64,000 nucleotides of DNA from Monocercomonoides exilis PA203 (lineage: Eukaryota > Protista > Preaxostyla), in assembly GCA_001643675.2 (NCBI GenBank), contig LSRY02000002.1, positions 1,364,001 through 1,428,000 on the forward strand. The letters are read 5' to 3'. This document shows, in pieces, positions 23,901-38,408 of this stretch. The translations under genes were made by a program, and so were the position numbers. Numbering within the stretch: position 1 is the stretch's first letter; every line of letters begins with the position of its first letter. The notes beneath the pieces were generated by a model. The model was not told the DNA's origin. It did not search any database and saw nothing but the letters and a program-made list of their open reading frames with translations.

Positions 23901-26900
23901 AGGGAAAGCAAAGTGCTTCATCATCATCATCATCATCATCAAAAGAATCCCTGTCTTCATCCACGCCTCCACCACCACCTCCTCCTCCGCCTTCTCCGCT
24001 CTACCCATCTCCTTCAGCCGTTCTCCCTTCGTTCTTCACGAAGCTCTGTTTCGACTTCATCACACGGCAGCTTCTGGACTCAGAATTCTCTCTGTTAAAG
24101 ACGCTGCTGAACATCATACGTGAGATGGCTGCGGAGTCAGAGAAGGAATACCTGTCCATCGCTTCACAAGGGGAGAAAGTTGATCAGAAGGAAATTGAAA
24201 TGAAAAAAGCAGAATGCGAACAGCTGACAAAGAACGTGAAGAGAGGAGAAGAGACACTCTGGGACATTGCATTGTTATGCGGTGCTTCAATGGAATCATC
24301 ACCGTCTTCTTCTTCTTCTTCAATTTCTTCCTCTGCTTCTGCTTCTGCATCAACCAGTTCAAACGTAGGGAAGATGGCACGCGATGCCATCATGCTGTCG
24401 TTCCAGCCGTCTTCGCTACCTTCTCTGATGTCGTTTGCCTCCTCTCCTGCGTCGTGCCTTCCATCGAGTCAAAGAATAGCCAACATCTCAAAGAAACAAG
24501 AAGAGGAAGAGCACAAAGTGCTCTCCATGTTCCGCGAGAAGCTGTTTTTCGTTCTGTCGCGAGCGATCGGTGAAGTGGATGCGCTGGTGGCAGCTGTGAA
24601 GGAGAAGAAGAAGGAGCTGCAGAACGAAGCACAGACAGCTGCAAAGGGAAAGACAATGGGCAAATCTGAAACATCAGAAGTAAAAGACAGAAAGGAGAAG
24701 TCGCTGGATATTCTGCATGTGCGAGCAGAGAATGCACTGTTGATTATTTTGCAGCTGATGGACTTGTTTGATTTCTACCAACATCCGCTCATTCGCCTCT
24801 CACAGTCGAGAGAGAAGCAGCGGCAGGGCCCACAGCAGAAAGTGAAGGTGGTGATTGATACAGGAGGAAGAAGCAAAACGAATGCTGAAGGGACATCAGG
24901 GGCAGGCTCAAAGAACCAGAGCTCGATGTCTTCGGCACAGGGAGGCAAAGGAGGGAGAGCGAATGCTGGACATGATGTTTACACGCTGGAGCTCTCAGAT
25001 AGAGAATGCATGCAGTCACTCAAGATACGATGTGCAGTGCAGGCAGGGCTGGTTCCTGCTTCTGTGTTTAGCACGTTCTCTGTTGAGGAAGAAGAAGAAG
25101 GAGAAGAAGGAGAAGGAAAGGAAGAATGTGGAAAAGGTGAAGGCGAAGAAGAAGAAGAAGAGAAATCAGGCTGTGACTGCAAGTGCAAGTGCGGCGAGAG
25201 AGAGAAGAGGTTGCACTTCATCAGCAGGCAGTCAGTGGAAGCGCTGATGGGAGCAGCAGGAATGTTCATATACACTGGGAAGCAGGATCTGTCAGAGTCC
25301 AAAGAAACGCTGCAGGCGCTTGCAGTGGCTAATGATCGGAGAACGCCTGCTTCATCATCATCATCTTCTTCTTCTTCAGCTGAGTCCAATCAGAATGCGA
25401 AGGATAATTTGAATGAATCTCCAATCGCAAAGGAATTAGCTCGTTTGAAGAACAAAACATCCGCTTCGCCTGAAATCGATCGGGAGCTGAAGAGAAACCA
25501 GAACGAGCTGAGGCAGCTGGCCTTCACAGTCATGGCATTTGCAGACAAATCACCAGCGGCGATGGCAGCGATGTTCACAAACAGCGATCCCTTGTCTACA
25601 CCCATCTGCTCGTCGTACCCTTATTCGTGCCTGCCTTCCTCAGTTCTTCCCTCTTCTTTGCTTGTCGAGTACATCCCGTCTCTCTTGTCGGTCATGGGCA
25701 CCTCGGCGCCTCTCACTTATCTCTCTCAGCGCATCCTGGCGCTGCTGCCTCCGTCACCTTCGCTTCTGCGCGCGCTGCACAACCCGAATGCAGAGCTTGA
25801 CTGGACAAATGTGATTAACCCGTCCTCACCGCATCGATTGATATACTCGCTCTACACCATCCACAAGATCATGGCTGTGAACAAGAACAGCGAGAGCGAG
25901 GCGGATGAGAAGAAGAAGAGCGAAACAGGAGAGAAGAATGAGATGGAGGTAGAACCAGAGAATGAAGCAAGTGCAGAGGATGAAAAGGAGAAAGAAAAGG
26001 AAAATGAGAAAGAGAAAGCTGTTCCGTCTGCCTCTTCTTCCCCGTCTTCTGACACTTCTGAACAGAAAGACGAATGGAAGAACCAGTTTATCATGGCTGG
26101 AGGACTTGCATCACTTATCTCTCTCTTGTTCAGTGACTTGTTTATCGACACAACAATCTCACCTTCTATTCGATCTCAGATATTTGCACTGCTCACATCA
26201 GTAATATCTGCATTTTTGACTTCTTCCTCTTCTTCTTCTTCTTCTTCGCAGAGTGAAGATGAATGCTACGCCAAGCGGATAACCCAACTTCTGTCTCAAA
26301 TGGGCTGCGGGAAGCTGAGCACCAATGACGTGTCATACTGCTTCTGCCACCGCCTCCTCAGCTTAGCTGTCTATTTTTCTGTTCCGCTGGAGCAGTTTGC
26401 ATCGATTGTTCCTTCAAAGGGCAACTCGTTTTCTTTGTCTGCTGTCACAGCAGCATCAACAGACACGCAAGTCACATTGCTGTCGGCACTAGCGTCTTTG
26501 CTGCTGAGCATGACGAAGATGTTAAATGAGCAGAATAAGAAGTCGTCTTCAGCATCTGCTCAGCAAAACAAACAAACTGGAACGATTTTAAGAGCACTTG
26601 GCAGAATCGCACAGAGAAGAGCAGATGCGATGAAAGCAAAAAGTTCAGGAAAAGCAGGAAAATTGAGTGCTTCTTCGAGTTCTGCACTTTCAGATGAAGA
26701 TGAAAAGAAAGATGAATACTTCTCGGCCAGCGAAGAGACTTCAACTGAAGCACAAAAGATGGTCTATTCATCAGAAAAGAAGTATTTGGTTGTTGAAGAG
26801 AAAGAATGCAACCCATATTCCGATGCAGCTCAACAGAACTCAACCAAAAACGGAAGCGAAAAAAGCAATTGCGACTGTTTGGCCGAGTGGGATGGCGATT

Positions 26901-29900
26901 TCTTTGAGGAGAGCGATCTTGACCAGCCACCGATACAAGCACCAGCGCCTTTGACTCCTCCATTCACTGAATCTGCCTCTGCTTCTTCTTCTGCTTCAAA
27001 TTCAACAGAAGCTCAAATCGATGTGCAATCCACTGATTCCATCACAGGCGTGAAGAATGTGTTCAATCTCATCAAGGCTGTTGCCTTCACCATTCCTTAT
27101 TCCTACGCATCTTGCACGAATTCTTCATCTTTCCGCTCAATCGTCTCTGCCCTTATGCTGCATGCCCCTTCTTCCTCAGTCCGAGTGGAAGCTGCAGTGT
27201 TCTTCTTTTCTCTGTGCTTCGATACACCCAAAAGAGAAAGCAGCTCAGAAAACAAAGGAGCAGAGAGAAAGCCAAACACAGCGAGCAAAATGCTATGTCG
27301 GACACTACTGGATGTGGCAGATGAGGTTGATTCTTCATTCCCTCTGAAAAACTGCAGGGAATTCTTTTCGCTTCTGAAAAACACCATTCTTCTTCCGCAA
27401 GCCACTGACGTTGCTTCGTCAAATTCTTCTTCTTCTTCTATTTCAAGCGAAGCGTCGTCATTCGTTCTAAACCTGCGAGACCTGGCCAAAGTGATCGCAT
27501 TCATCATCAAGCGCCGCCCGACTGTGGAAGTGACAGCGTCGCCAGCTGAGTCGATCTATGCAACAGAGGCAGACTCTGTGCTGATCGGGTGGCTGAGCAC
27601 GTTGGATGCTGTGCTCTCATCGCCTCATATCAGCGATGACTTTTCAGCCATCAAACAGAGTTTAATCAATCAGAAAGCGCAGAATGCAATGTGCGAGGAC
27701 ATTCAGCTGGCTTCCTCTTCTCCATCGGCAGACGCATCGTCATCGTCGTCTCCGCTGGCGATAGAGCTGAAGAAACTGCTGGGTGTGTCTCAGAAGTACA
27801 ACCTGGTGAGTCACATCTTCCACCACATGCTGATGAACATATCAGCTCCACAGGGGATTGAGATCAGTTCATCTTCAGAAGATGGCACATCAACCAGCAG
27901 TTCTATTTGGAATGAGCGTGCACTAAGCGATGAGACACTCGTCAAAGCAGACTCAGACTCTCTCAGTCTGCTTTCACCGACTGCCCCACTCACTTCCGAC
28001 GAGCCGCAGTGCAAACGGGAGCCGACGCGTAAGAGTGCTGTGTCTCTTCTGCTTTCTTTGTGCAGAGGATGTCCTCCATCGTTCATGCATGCGGCGTGGC
28101 TGTGGGGCCATCTGCAGGCGAGAGAGAGAAGGAGGATGGATGTGGATGAGTACAACTTCTCACCCAAAAAATCGGCAAGGTCTGCAACGGGCTATGAAGG
28201 GATGGTGAATCTGGGTACGATTTGCTATATGAACTCGACACTGCAGCAGCTGTTTATGCATCATCCATTCAGATTCTCTGTGTTTGCCATTCGAGACAAG
28301 ACAGTGCAGAGCGGATGGGAGCCGGGAGAGAAAGAGATGGAGATGGAGAAGGAAAAAGAAGGAGAAGGAGAAGAAGGAAAGAAAGAGGAAGACAACAAGA
28401 TGGAGGAAGACAAAAAAGAATCCAACGATAGCAGTGAAGAAAACGAAGAAGAGAACAAGACTTCGACATGGAACGAGCTTCAGTCTCTTTTCTCGCATCT
28501 GCAGGAGTCTCAGCGCAAAGCAGCCGACACAACTGCATTTTGCGAGGCGTACCGAAACCCCGACGGTTCGAAGATGTCCACGCACATTCAGATGGACGCG
28601 AACGAGTTCATTGGGCAGCTCTTTGACACGCTGGAGAACATTCTGAAGAAAAACAAGCAGCCGAACGTGATGCAGCGCCTGTTCCAGGGTCACTTCACAC
28701 ACCAGCTCATCTGCTCAGCTGGGCATCTGTCAGAGACAGAGGAGCCATTCTACCTCATCCCTGTCGATGTGCAGCAGCAGAATTCGCTGTTCTCCTCATT
28801 AAAGAAGCTTGTGAGAGGAAGCGTGCTTGATGGAGACAATCAGTTCCACTGTGATTCCTGCGGACGGAAAGTTGATTGTGTGAAGAGAGAAGTGCTGGGC
28901 AAGCTGCCAAACACACTGATCTTCCAGCTGAAGCGGTTTGATCTCGACTTTGAAACGTTCATGAAGTTCAAAGTGAATGATTACTTGTCCTTCCCTGTGG
29001 ATAGCGAGGTGCTGGACATGGGCCCCTTTACGAAGGAGGCGTTTGCCGAGCGCGAGAGAGAAATCCCGATCACCACGCTGTTTCAGCAGGTGCAGCAGAA
29101 GAAGACGAGCCTCGACATCGCTGACGATCCACCACCGATCAGATTGGACAGCTTGGAAGAGGAGAAGAAGAACGAAGGAAACGAGACTTCTTCATCTTCC
29201 TCGTCATCTTCTTCATCTTCATCACGCAACCCCAATCTCTATCGCCTGAGTGGTGTTGTTGTGCACACAGGTTCCACAGAGAGCGGGCATTACTACTCGT
29301 ACATCAGAGAGAGGTACCCGCCATACCACTGGCACTGCTATAATGACTCCACTGTCTCCACTTTCAACCCAGCATCGCTGCCTGACCAATGCTTTGGTGG
29401 GACGGCTTTGACCCAAAAATACGATTCGAAGACAAACAAGTATGTGGATTCTATTGAGGAGAAACCACATTCGGGGTATCTGCTCTTCTACGACAGGATC
29501 TACCCAACTGAAGACAGTGTGTGCGCACCAGCAGAAGAAGAGAAGAAAGAGAAAGAAGAAAACGGGAATGCATCAGAACAGAAAAAAGAACAAGACGAGG
29601 CTGCACTAAAGGAGACGTATGGCTCATCGTTCTTCTCGCTTGCCCAGCCGATCATCCCAGTCGACAAAAGGCGGGCTCTCATACGCCCGTCCTCACTTAT
29701 GAGCATTCAGAGAGACAACTGCGAGTTTTCGCACCAGACACACGTCTTCAGCCCCGACCACTTCAACATCATGTCTTCTCTGTTTGACTCGCTCCTCTCA
29801 TTTGCTCTTCATCAAACTGACCATCAGGCTTCATTGTCTTCTTCTTCTTCTTCTTCTTCTTCTTCCTACTGCTCCTCTTCAATTGAAGGACAGTCAGAGT

Positions 29901-32900
29901 TTATAGTTCCATTTGCACATTCATCAGAAAGTGCATCAAGCTCTTCAAATACCAGCTCATCACTCATCAGCATGCCCCGCTCTGCCTTCTCTCTCTTCAA
30001 CGCCACCTCCACCTCATCATTCCTGTCAGGCCCCACATTCTCTCTCCGCAAACACCAATGCTTCTCCGAATACCTCACCCCAAGTGCTTCTGAGAGATTG
30101 TTCCAGTTATCTTCCATCTGCTCTCTGCCACGCGGGACGTCCTCCGACTTCTTCCGCGTCTGGCTCTTCTTCCTGTTTGACACCAGCGTCCGCTCAGCCG
30201 ATGCGCCTCTGTTTGTCTTCTGGCTCAGATCGCTCGAGTCGCTCTTTGCACTCAATCCAAATTGCGCTGCGATTTTTGCTTCGGAATGCGTCAACCAGAT
30301 GTTCAGGTACATCCCTATGAAGAAGAAGAAGCAGCAGGAAGGAAAAGAAGAGGATGAGGAAGGAGAAGAAGAAAAGAAAGAAGAAGCTGAGGAGGAAGAA
30401 GAGGAAGAGGAAGAGGAGGAAGAGGTTGTGCTGCCAACACCCTGGTTGGAGGATGTGTTTGTGAACTGCTCCAATCACTCTGTTCGGATGGCGTTTGGCA
30501 AAGTGGTTCTCTCTGTATTGAAAGTGCTGCTTGTACAAGGCTGCTGGGAAGAATGCGAGCTCCGCCGGCAAAAGACGATGGAAAGAAGAGACAATTCTGC
30601 AAAAGGCAAAGAGGCGAACAACAGCCAAAACGAAACAAATGGATTCAAGTTTCATATTTCATCTGATTCTATGTGTTACTATGAGGACAATGAAAGCACG
30701 GATTCTTGTGTTGAGATGCAGAAGTCCTCTGAAATGAGCCAAGCACAAGACACAACGTGGAAGCAGCATCCATTTTTGCCTGCATCTCAAACACTGCCGT
30801 CTCCGCCTGTTCCATTCAAACACTCTCTATTCTCAGAGCTGTTGCTATCTCCAACTCTTTCTCTGCTCCATTCGCTTCTGTTTGCTCTCCTGTCGCTTCT
30901 TCCCTGCCGCCAGGGAAAATTCACTCCGATGACGACGCTTTTCATTGTGCTGCGTGACTTTGCATCACTCGGAACACTCTCGTCTCTTCTTCTTCTTTCT
31001 TTGGACTTCCCCCGAAGAGTCGCAGATTATGTGCTTGGAGAGAACCAAAGTCCGTTCTCGTTCAATCTGGCAATGAAAGTGGACAAACCGGAGTGGGAAA
31101 ACAAGAAAGCAGGGCGGGTGGCAGACACTGCCTCAAAGGCTGGGATGAAGGCGCTGATGGAGGCTGTCTTCTTGTCCATTGCTCTTTCGTCTCCTCTGCT
31201 GACAGCCGCAAAGATGAAGGAGAGGAAGTACTTGGAGATACAGAACGAGCTGAAACTGAAAGGAAAATTAGCGGAGGAAGAAGAGGAGGAGGAGGAGGAA
31301 GGAGAAGAGAAAAAGAAAGGGAAAGGGAAGAGTGAAGGAGATATGCAAATTGATGAGCCAGAAGCAAAATCTGTTGTTGATGTTGATGGAGCGCCAACGA
31401 TTATTGAATACAACACAACATTTGAGTGGGATGGGATGAACTGGGGAAGAGCAAGGAACCAATGCGCAGATGTCACACCGTACATACAAGACAGTGAAGC
31501 TTCTGCAGCATTCTTGTCAGCTCCTGCTTCAGCCATTGTTTCGTCGCCAGCGTATTCGTGCAAAGTGTCTGTGGATGTTCCATTCCCTGCTCCTCAAAGA
31601 CCAACATTGGCTGACGACTCGTATTGTGCTCTTGCTCGCTTCCTGTCGCCTCTGCTTGTGTGTGGATGTGTTACTCGGATTCAGAACACAATTCTTGAAG
31701 TTCTCACAAACTCATCTTTCCTCAATAGAGCTATCAAAGACGCGAACTGCGAGAAACTGATTGCTGCAGCCATATTCCACGCAACATATGGAAGAAGCAG
31801 CGAGACCAAGAAATCTGTGATAGACATCGTGTACGCCCAATGCACCAAGGACACCTCTGAATCGCTGTATTCCTGGCTCATTGTGTTCTTGGGCTACATC
31901 ACAATGCACGCTCATCCGATTGCTCCGCTTACGAGCGTTGCCCAACCTTCTTCGTCTTCCCCTTCAAAACAACAGCTGCTGCGTGCTTCTTCATCAACAC
32001 TCACTCAAACGCTAACTAGCTTCGAGCCTCTCCATCCATTCGCGCTGGCATATCTGCAGCAGTTTGTCGATTCGCTCTATCAAAGGAAGAAGGCGCGTCT
32101 TCCTCTCGTTTTCGCGTTCGGTGCGTTGGCTGCTTTTTGCCGTGTGTGCCCTCCGCTGCGCGTGTGGCTGTTCGACAACAATGTGAAGACAATTCTTGCA
32201 GTTGGGACAGAGGCGAAGTCGTGGAAAGCGCGTGAGGCAGCAATGAGGCTGGCGAGGATGCTGGTTGTGGCAGACGATGTGCTGCAGACAGAGGAAGAAT
32301 TAGCGCAGCGAAAGAAAGCTGAGGCTGAGAAAGTGAACCAGATGAAACAGAAGTGGACGAAGGACGATCCGCTGAATGATATCGGACCAGCGGCTGGCGG
32401 ATGGGATATCAACGAGCTTGTGCCTCAGAAAGGAGAAGACGAAATTCAGCCGGCGGAGGTGTTTGTGTCAGCCAAGAAAGAAGATCTTCTGGGCCCATTC
32501 ACGTTTGTGGGTGAGGCAAGGAAGATGGCAGAGCTTCGGGCAGAGCAGGCGAGATGGCGCTGGGGATTCAAAGACGACAACGCTGCAGTGGTTGCCTCAG
32601 GCTCCTCAGCAGCAGAAGGGCAGATGGTGCAGCTGGGGCTGGTTCATCCTCCAACAGCGCTGCCGCCGATGTGCCCGCAGCACCCAGAGCTGTATTCAAC
32701 CAAGGGAGAAACTGGGGTGATGTCTATGTTCTCCTCGATATCATCAGACGACCAGGTCGAAGTGGTTGAGGCAGTTGAATCCACACTCGAGACAACACCC
32801 AGAACACAGGAACTGAAATGGGTTAGGAGCCTTGCTGTGCAGAATGTGTGCTGCTGCGGAAGATGCAACTCTGTTCCATCTGGAACTTCATCTTCTTCAG

Positions 32901-35380
32901 CTTGCGTCTGTGGAAAGAATCATTGTTGCAGTTGCTTGTGTGGAGTTTGCTTGGCAGATGAAACAACTTCCTCTTCATCCTCATCTTCATCATCATCTTC
33001 TTCTTCTTCTTCAGCATCCTCATCCTCATCTTCATCACTCAAGCTTCTTCCCGAGCTTCCTCCGCGCTTCTCTCGAAGCTACCTGTCGTCTCGCCCCGAC
33101 TGGGCAAGTCAATGCAGCAGCTTCTGCGACTCCTCGTCCGACGACACTTACGCGCTTGGGCCAGAAAGCGTGCGCTGTGGCCATTACGAGTCGCCCGACT
33201 CGTTCTGTGCTACGAAGCTCACGATGACGTTCTTCGAGAGCCTTATTGACAGCAAGTACAGAAAGGAAGAGCGGATGAGAAACCGCACAGCGAAGTCTCT
33301 TGTGCTGCCGAAGTATCTGACAGGCGAAGCAGTGGTGGTGTTTGACAATAAGAGAGAATCTTCTCTCTTTGCGACGCTACTGGCAGCACTGGAACAGTCG
33401 CCCGGTGCAGCGCGTGTGCCGATCTCGGAGAAAGAGCAGGAGACGAATCAGACGTGGAATCCGAGTAAGATAGACAACGACATGCGGGATATCCATCTGT
33501 ACGAGCAAGTGTTCAGCACGCTGATTTGGTTGATCAAAGACGCCAGCCACGTTGAGAAGGCGAAGAGAATCATTCCTGCGGTGCTGGAATGCATCGTGCG
33601 CAGGCAGCAGATCGAGTGGAAGACCGACTATGACTGGACGCTGCTTGGATGCTACCGCTTCCTCGATCATCTCCTCAAGACAGCGATGTCTGGCGAACAG
33701 CGGCTCAGTGTGGTGTTGGAGCTGGTGCGCTCGAGGCGGCTTGCTGTGATCAACAACTTCCACGTGAATTGTGCCTTTGAAAAGAACTCTAGTCCGAAGT
33801 ACCACTTTGCGGATGAGATGATGCGGCAGTGCTATTGTCTGTGTGCTGGAGTGCTGCATGAGATGCACATGTATCAGCAGGCAGAGCAGCGCGCAAAGCA
33901 GAGGAAAGAAATACCCGATGTGACCGACAAGGAACTGACGAAGCTGCTTACTGCTATTTTTGACTCACCAAACGCCTCCTGGTGCTTCAAGAATTGCCTG
34001 AACCATCCGAGCTCGTTTCCGCGCGGCTCATCCACATTCAGCCGCGTTCTCTCGTTCTTCTCTCCTCGCACGCCGAATCTGCGTGTGTGGGCAGAGCACA
34101 TGATATACAGTGAGTCTGAAACAGCCCATGATGATGAGCTGTTCGACTCCTTCCAGGCAGTCCTCATCAACCGCGATCTGCTGAACCAAGGTGTCGTGTG
34201 GAATCCGTTCAAGCCAGTTAGCTCTGCTGAGAAGGCAGCTGCATCTGTTAATGCAGCTGTGCCTGCTTCTCCGTTTCTTATCTTCGGGAAAGATTCATCT
34301 GAACGGCGAATTCATATTTCGTATTGGCTGAAGTACTGCTTCCGACTTGTGACGAATTACTCGAAAAAGTACCAGTTTGAGAGGATTTGCTGGGACGAAG
34401 ACTGCGACGACCATACGCTTGCGATGATGCCGGTGATTATGTGCGGGCTGATGGCAAATGTGCTGGTCGATGCATCGAATCCTTCTTCCCAGACAAAGAT
34501 GCTGAAGGAACTTCTCAAACAGAACAAGCCGAGCCCTCAGAGTCTACAACATCCACAGTTGTCAATGCAGATTTACGAGATCGGCTGTGGCGACGGGGTG
34601 AAACGGGATATCTCCGCGTTGGTTTCGCTGATGCGTCCACGTTATCCGCTTTTGGTCAGACACTCAGCTCTTATTGCTGCCACACTGCTCAGTCCGCTCG
34701 TCGATCCTGCTCCGCCTGCTCTGCTTGCGGCGTTTCTGAGGGGCGCAGATCCCGAATGTCTGAGTGCATTACCGGATATTGATGCAAGGTCTGAGCAGAA
34801 GGTGCCTCAAGCGTCTTCTTCAAAGGTTTCTCCAGCGCAGGTTCCTCCATTCCGCAAGGCCGCGAAAGACTTGTCGAACATTTTGGAGTTCATGCAGACA
34901 ATTCCTGAGCACAAGAAGGATGGAATATCGATGAATGAGATTATCATGTCTCCAGTAATCTTGGCGGACCCTTCAATTCCTCCTCCATTCAACACTCTTC
35001 CGACACCCAGCATGCTCCTCAAAATCGAAGCAGCAAAGAACAGTAATAATGGGAAATTTTCATATGTTGGCAGTGGTGGAGCTTCGGTTGGAGATGTGCT
35101 AGCAAAGCGTTTATTCCACCCTACTCATCCAATGCGGCACATCCCTCTGCTTACTGTTTCCTTGGACTCTCCAAGGCACAATGCGACGAATCACAGTGTT
35201 GGATATCGATTGTATTCAGAATGGAAAAGCGCATACGAATTGTGTTTGAATCATCTCCTAATGAGTGTTGGAGAAAAGATTAAAGAAATCAAAAGAGACG
35301 AAAAGGAAGGCGAAACAATTTCGAAGCTTAACATATTGCTTGAGAATGCGTCTGCCATTCTTCGACGAACCCATATGTGA
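20968..35380 (+). CDS. giant ubiquitin-specific protease (peptidase C19, USP9X/24/34-like), >4700 aa; true start not located
   Basis: Cys box GMVNLGTICYMNSTLQQLF (~28200), QMDANEF, zinc-finger CDSC, LIFQLKRF, and His box LSGVVVHTGSTESGHYYSYI..WHCYNDS (~29250-29350). Upstream helical region with LEKRI and MHTELIRR. Two short 5' exons (~20968-21170, ~21278-21422) splice into a 13.9-kb terminal exon. Confidence 0.9.
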
Positions 35381-36030
35381 GAAAGCGCTTTCTTTAAAAA
35401 TTATGTTTTTGCGTTTTTCAGAAAATGTTATTGGAAAGTTCTCCCTACTTTCCTCCTCTTTTTTTTATGTTTTTTTTATGAAATTTAAATTTTCTCTGTA
35501 AATCTTTTCTATTTCATTCTTTCGTTCACTTCTATTTTTTATTTTTTAATTATTATTATTATAGTTTTGCTAAGTTTAATTTAATTTTATAAAACATAAA
35601 AAGAGACTCATTTTTGAGCTTGATGTTTCTATCGCTTGGATTTCTTCAAATAAATTCGTTTTTTCTCAATTTTAAACAGAAAGCTTTTAAAATAAGCATT
35701 TTTTTATTTTCTTAATTTTTTGTTCTTTATTTCATTTTCAGATTTTTGATGAGTCAATAAATATCTTGTTAAAAAATGTGTCATAATATCATCTGAAACG
35801 GTCTCGATCAACTGGATCCTCTTTCAAGAAAGAATGATTTGTTAATATAGCGCATTATTATTCGATATGATAACAAATTATCTCATTTCAAATTTATTTT
35901 GTCGAAAAGAATTAAAAATTTAACAATAAATATTTCATTTGAATTATCAGATTTTTCTTTAAACAACATAATTTTTTAGCAAAAATTTCAATCTCACATT
36001 AAATTATTGAAAGTGTTAAATATTCGCTTT

Positions 36031-36768
36031 TCATTCTTTGAGGATTCCTTTTTCTTTCAAACAACGCAAAATGGCTTCTGCTGTGTCGTCTACGGTAATG
36101 TTCTCAACCTCAAGATGGAAAAAATCATCCATTGGAGATAATTCTTTTTCTGCATTTGATAGTCGAATTCTCATTGACTCCTCGGTTTCCGTTCCCCTAC
36201 CAACGAGACGTCGCTTCTGCACCGGCAAAAAAAGAAAGAAAAACGAAGAAAGTTGTTTTCGTATTTATCAAATCCATCTTAAAAATGAGTTTTTGAAAAA
36301 AGAACAATTTCAAACCAATTCTTCAAGTGAAATTTTCATTCGTACAAAAATTGGATTGATGAAATCGCTCTGACGCTTAATTTGCTGGCATCCTTGTATG
36401 TCAATATCCAAAATACTTATTTTTCCTTCAGATGCAACTTTTTCGAGCGCCATTTTTGAAGTTCCATAAAAATTGCCATGCACACAAGCATGCTCGACAA
36501 ATGCATCATGCGAAACTAATTCCTCGAATTTTTCCTTTGTGATAAAATGATAAGAAATCCCATCAATTTCTCCAGCACGGGGCTCTCTCGAGGCATGTGA
36601 TACGCAAAATGCAAACGTGTTTGGGCAAATCTCCATCATTCTTCTTATAACAGTTGATTTCCCAACGCCCTACTCAATAATGATTTAAGTGGAATATTCA
36701 AAAATTTAACAAAACCAAACAGAAGGTCCTGCAATCACAATTACTTTTGAAAAAGGCTTTGCTTTCAT
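36031..36768 (-). CDS. GUK1: guanylate kinase, 3 exons
   Basis: MKAKPFSKVIVIAGPS/GVGKST P-loop, VSHASREPRAGEIDGISYHF, HGNFYGTS, LDIDIQG and RRLVGRGTETEES. Confidence 0.93.
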
Positions 36769-38151
36769 TTCAAGAGGTTTGAATGCGCTATCTGCTCGAG
36801 TTTCAATTTTAGAGAGAAAATTAAAAAAATGAACCAATAGGTGTAATTATTTCGAATTTTAATCTGGTTAAAAAAGTATCAGAAAAATTAACCATTATCA
36901 CCTTAGAGTGTTCAAACGAGGAAAACAACAAAAGCAACTTTCAAACTTGTTTTGCTAGAATTTTCTTCAGGACTTAAATACGACATAAATACAAGAGGAA
37001 AAAATATCTTTTATATTGATATATGCCAATAAATAAATAATGTTTGTTCATTGATCAGGAGAAGTCACACAATTTATCAAAAAAGCTTAAAATATATGAT
37101 TGACAAATTTGATAATTAGCCTTTCTGATTTAATATGAAATTTTGTTTCATGTTTGTCAGTTTCATATGAAAACGTAAATAAAATATATATGTATTGATA
37201 AATGCAGATATCGCCAAAAATACCGGACAAGATCGATTTCACAATTACTGCAAGAGTAATAATTCTGACAATTTTCCTCAAAATATATCTTATCAATGTC
37301 AACTCATTTGGTGTTCCAGACTTTTATTGAAATGTTGACTAAATATTCCGAATTTAATTTTTGAAGTTATGGAGAAACTTAATAATCCTATTTCTCCAAG
37401 ATTTCAATGATTTTTTTTTCTTTGCTCAAATGATGCATAAATGAATGTGCTTTTAGAAAAGTCGTTTTTAATGAAAAGACATATTTTGAGAAAATAATCA
37501 GAATTTCTTTTCTTGAAGCCAAAAAAAAAAATTGATACTGTCAGGTATTTTTTTTAAACAATTAAAAAATTTTTTAACAAAAACATGGAATTGAACTCAA
37601 TCAATTTGATTTGAGGGAAAAGGTAGCTTTAGAATCACCTGCTTTTTTCGTGAAATCCATGAACGAATAGCAAAAAAATACAATGTCAAGACATTAGAAA
37701 TATGTTAGGCAAATAATAACCAATTGATCAATACTTAAAATAATTGAATGGTTTTCAATACACTTCACTAAATTCATTGTTATTTTTTCAAATCTCATTT
37801 CAATAATTGCTAAAATTTTTTTTCAACTTCAACCATTGCAAATATCACAAATATGAAAATTATAAAACCTGAAAATGTCCTTTCATCACAATTTAAACAA
37901 CTTGTCAAAATTTTGTTTAAAAATTTCAATTAGGGGACAGTTGTTTGAGAGAATGAAAACACCAAAAAAAGAAAAATGTTAAATAAAACATCCAGTCAAC
38001 ACCAAAGAACACCAATGAATGTTAACTTATTAACACAATATTTTTTAATATTGTGGGTTAGATGTTACATATTGGGTCCCATATTTTCTCACGAAATTTG
38101 AACCTAATAATTTTTTCCTGATTGATAAGTTTAAATAAAACATTTTTATGT

Positions 38152-38408
38152 GTGTGATTATTTATCAAAACATATTTTTTCTTTCGCTATTATCGATTGG
38201 AAAGTTTTCCTTGAATGTTTGGAAATGAACACTGAAAAGTGAACAGGCATATTCAAGAGATCATCGTCTTTATTTCAGCTATTGCATTTGTTTTTTTAAA
38301 GCATTCATTATGAAATCAGCATTTATATTCAAAATCTCTTCCCAATAATCAACAACCTTTGAAAAACCAGTACCCCGAAAAAAGTTATGATTACAAAAAT
38401 AATAACCC
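38152..38408. mobile_element. MITE family A copy 2 (257 bp), nested in Merlin
   Basis: GTGTGATTATTT...AAATAATAACCC with ATGT on both sides. Homologous to 11266-11520. Confidence 0.8.
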
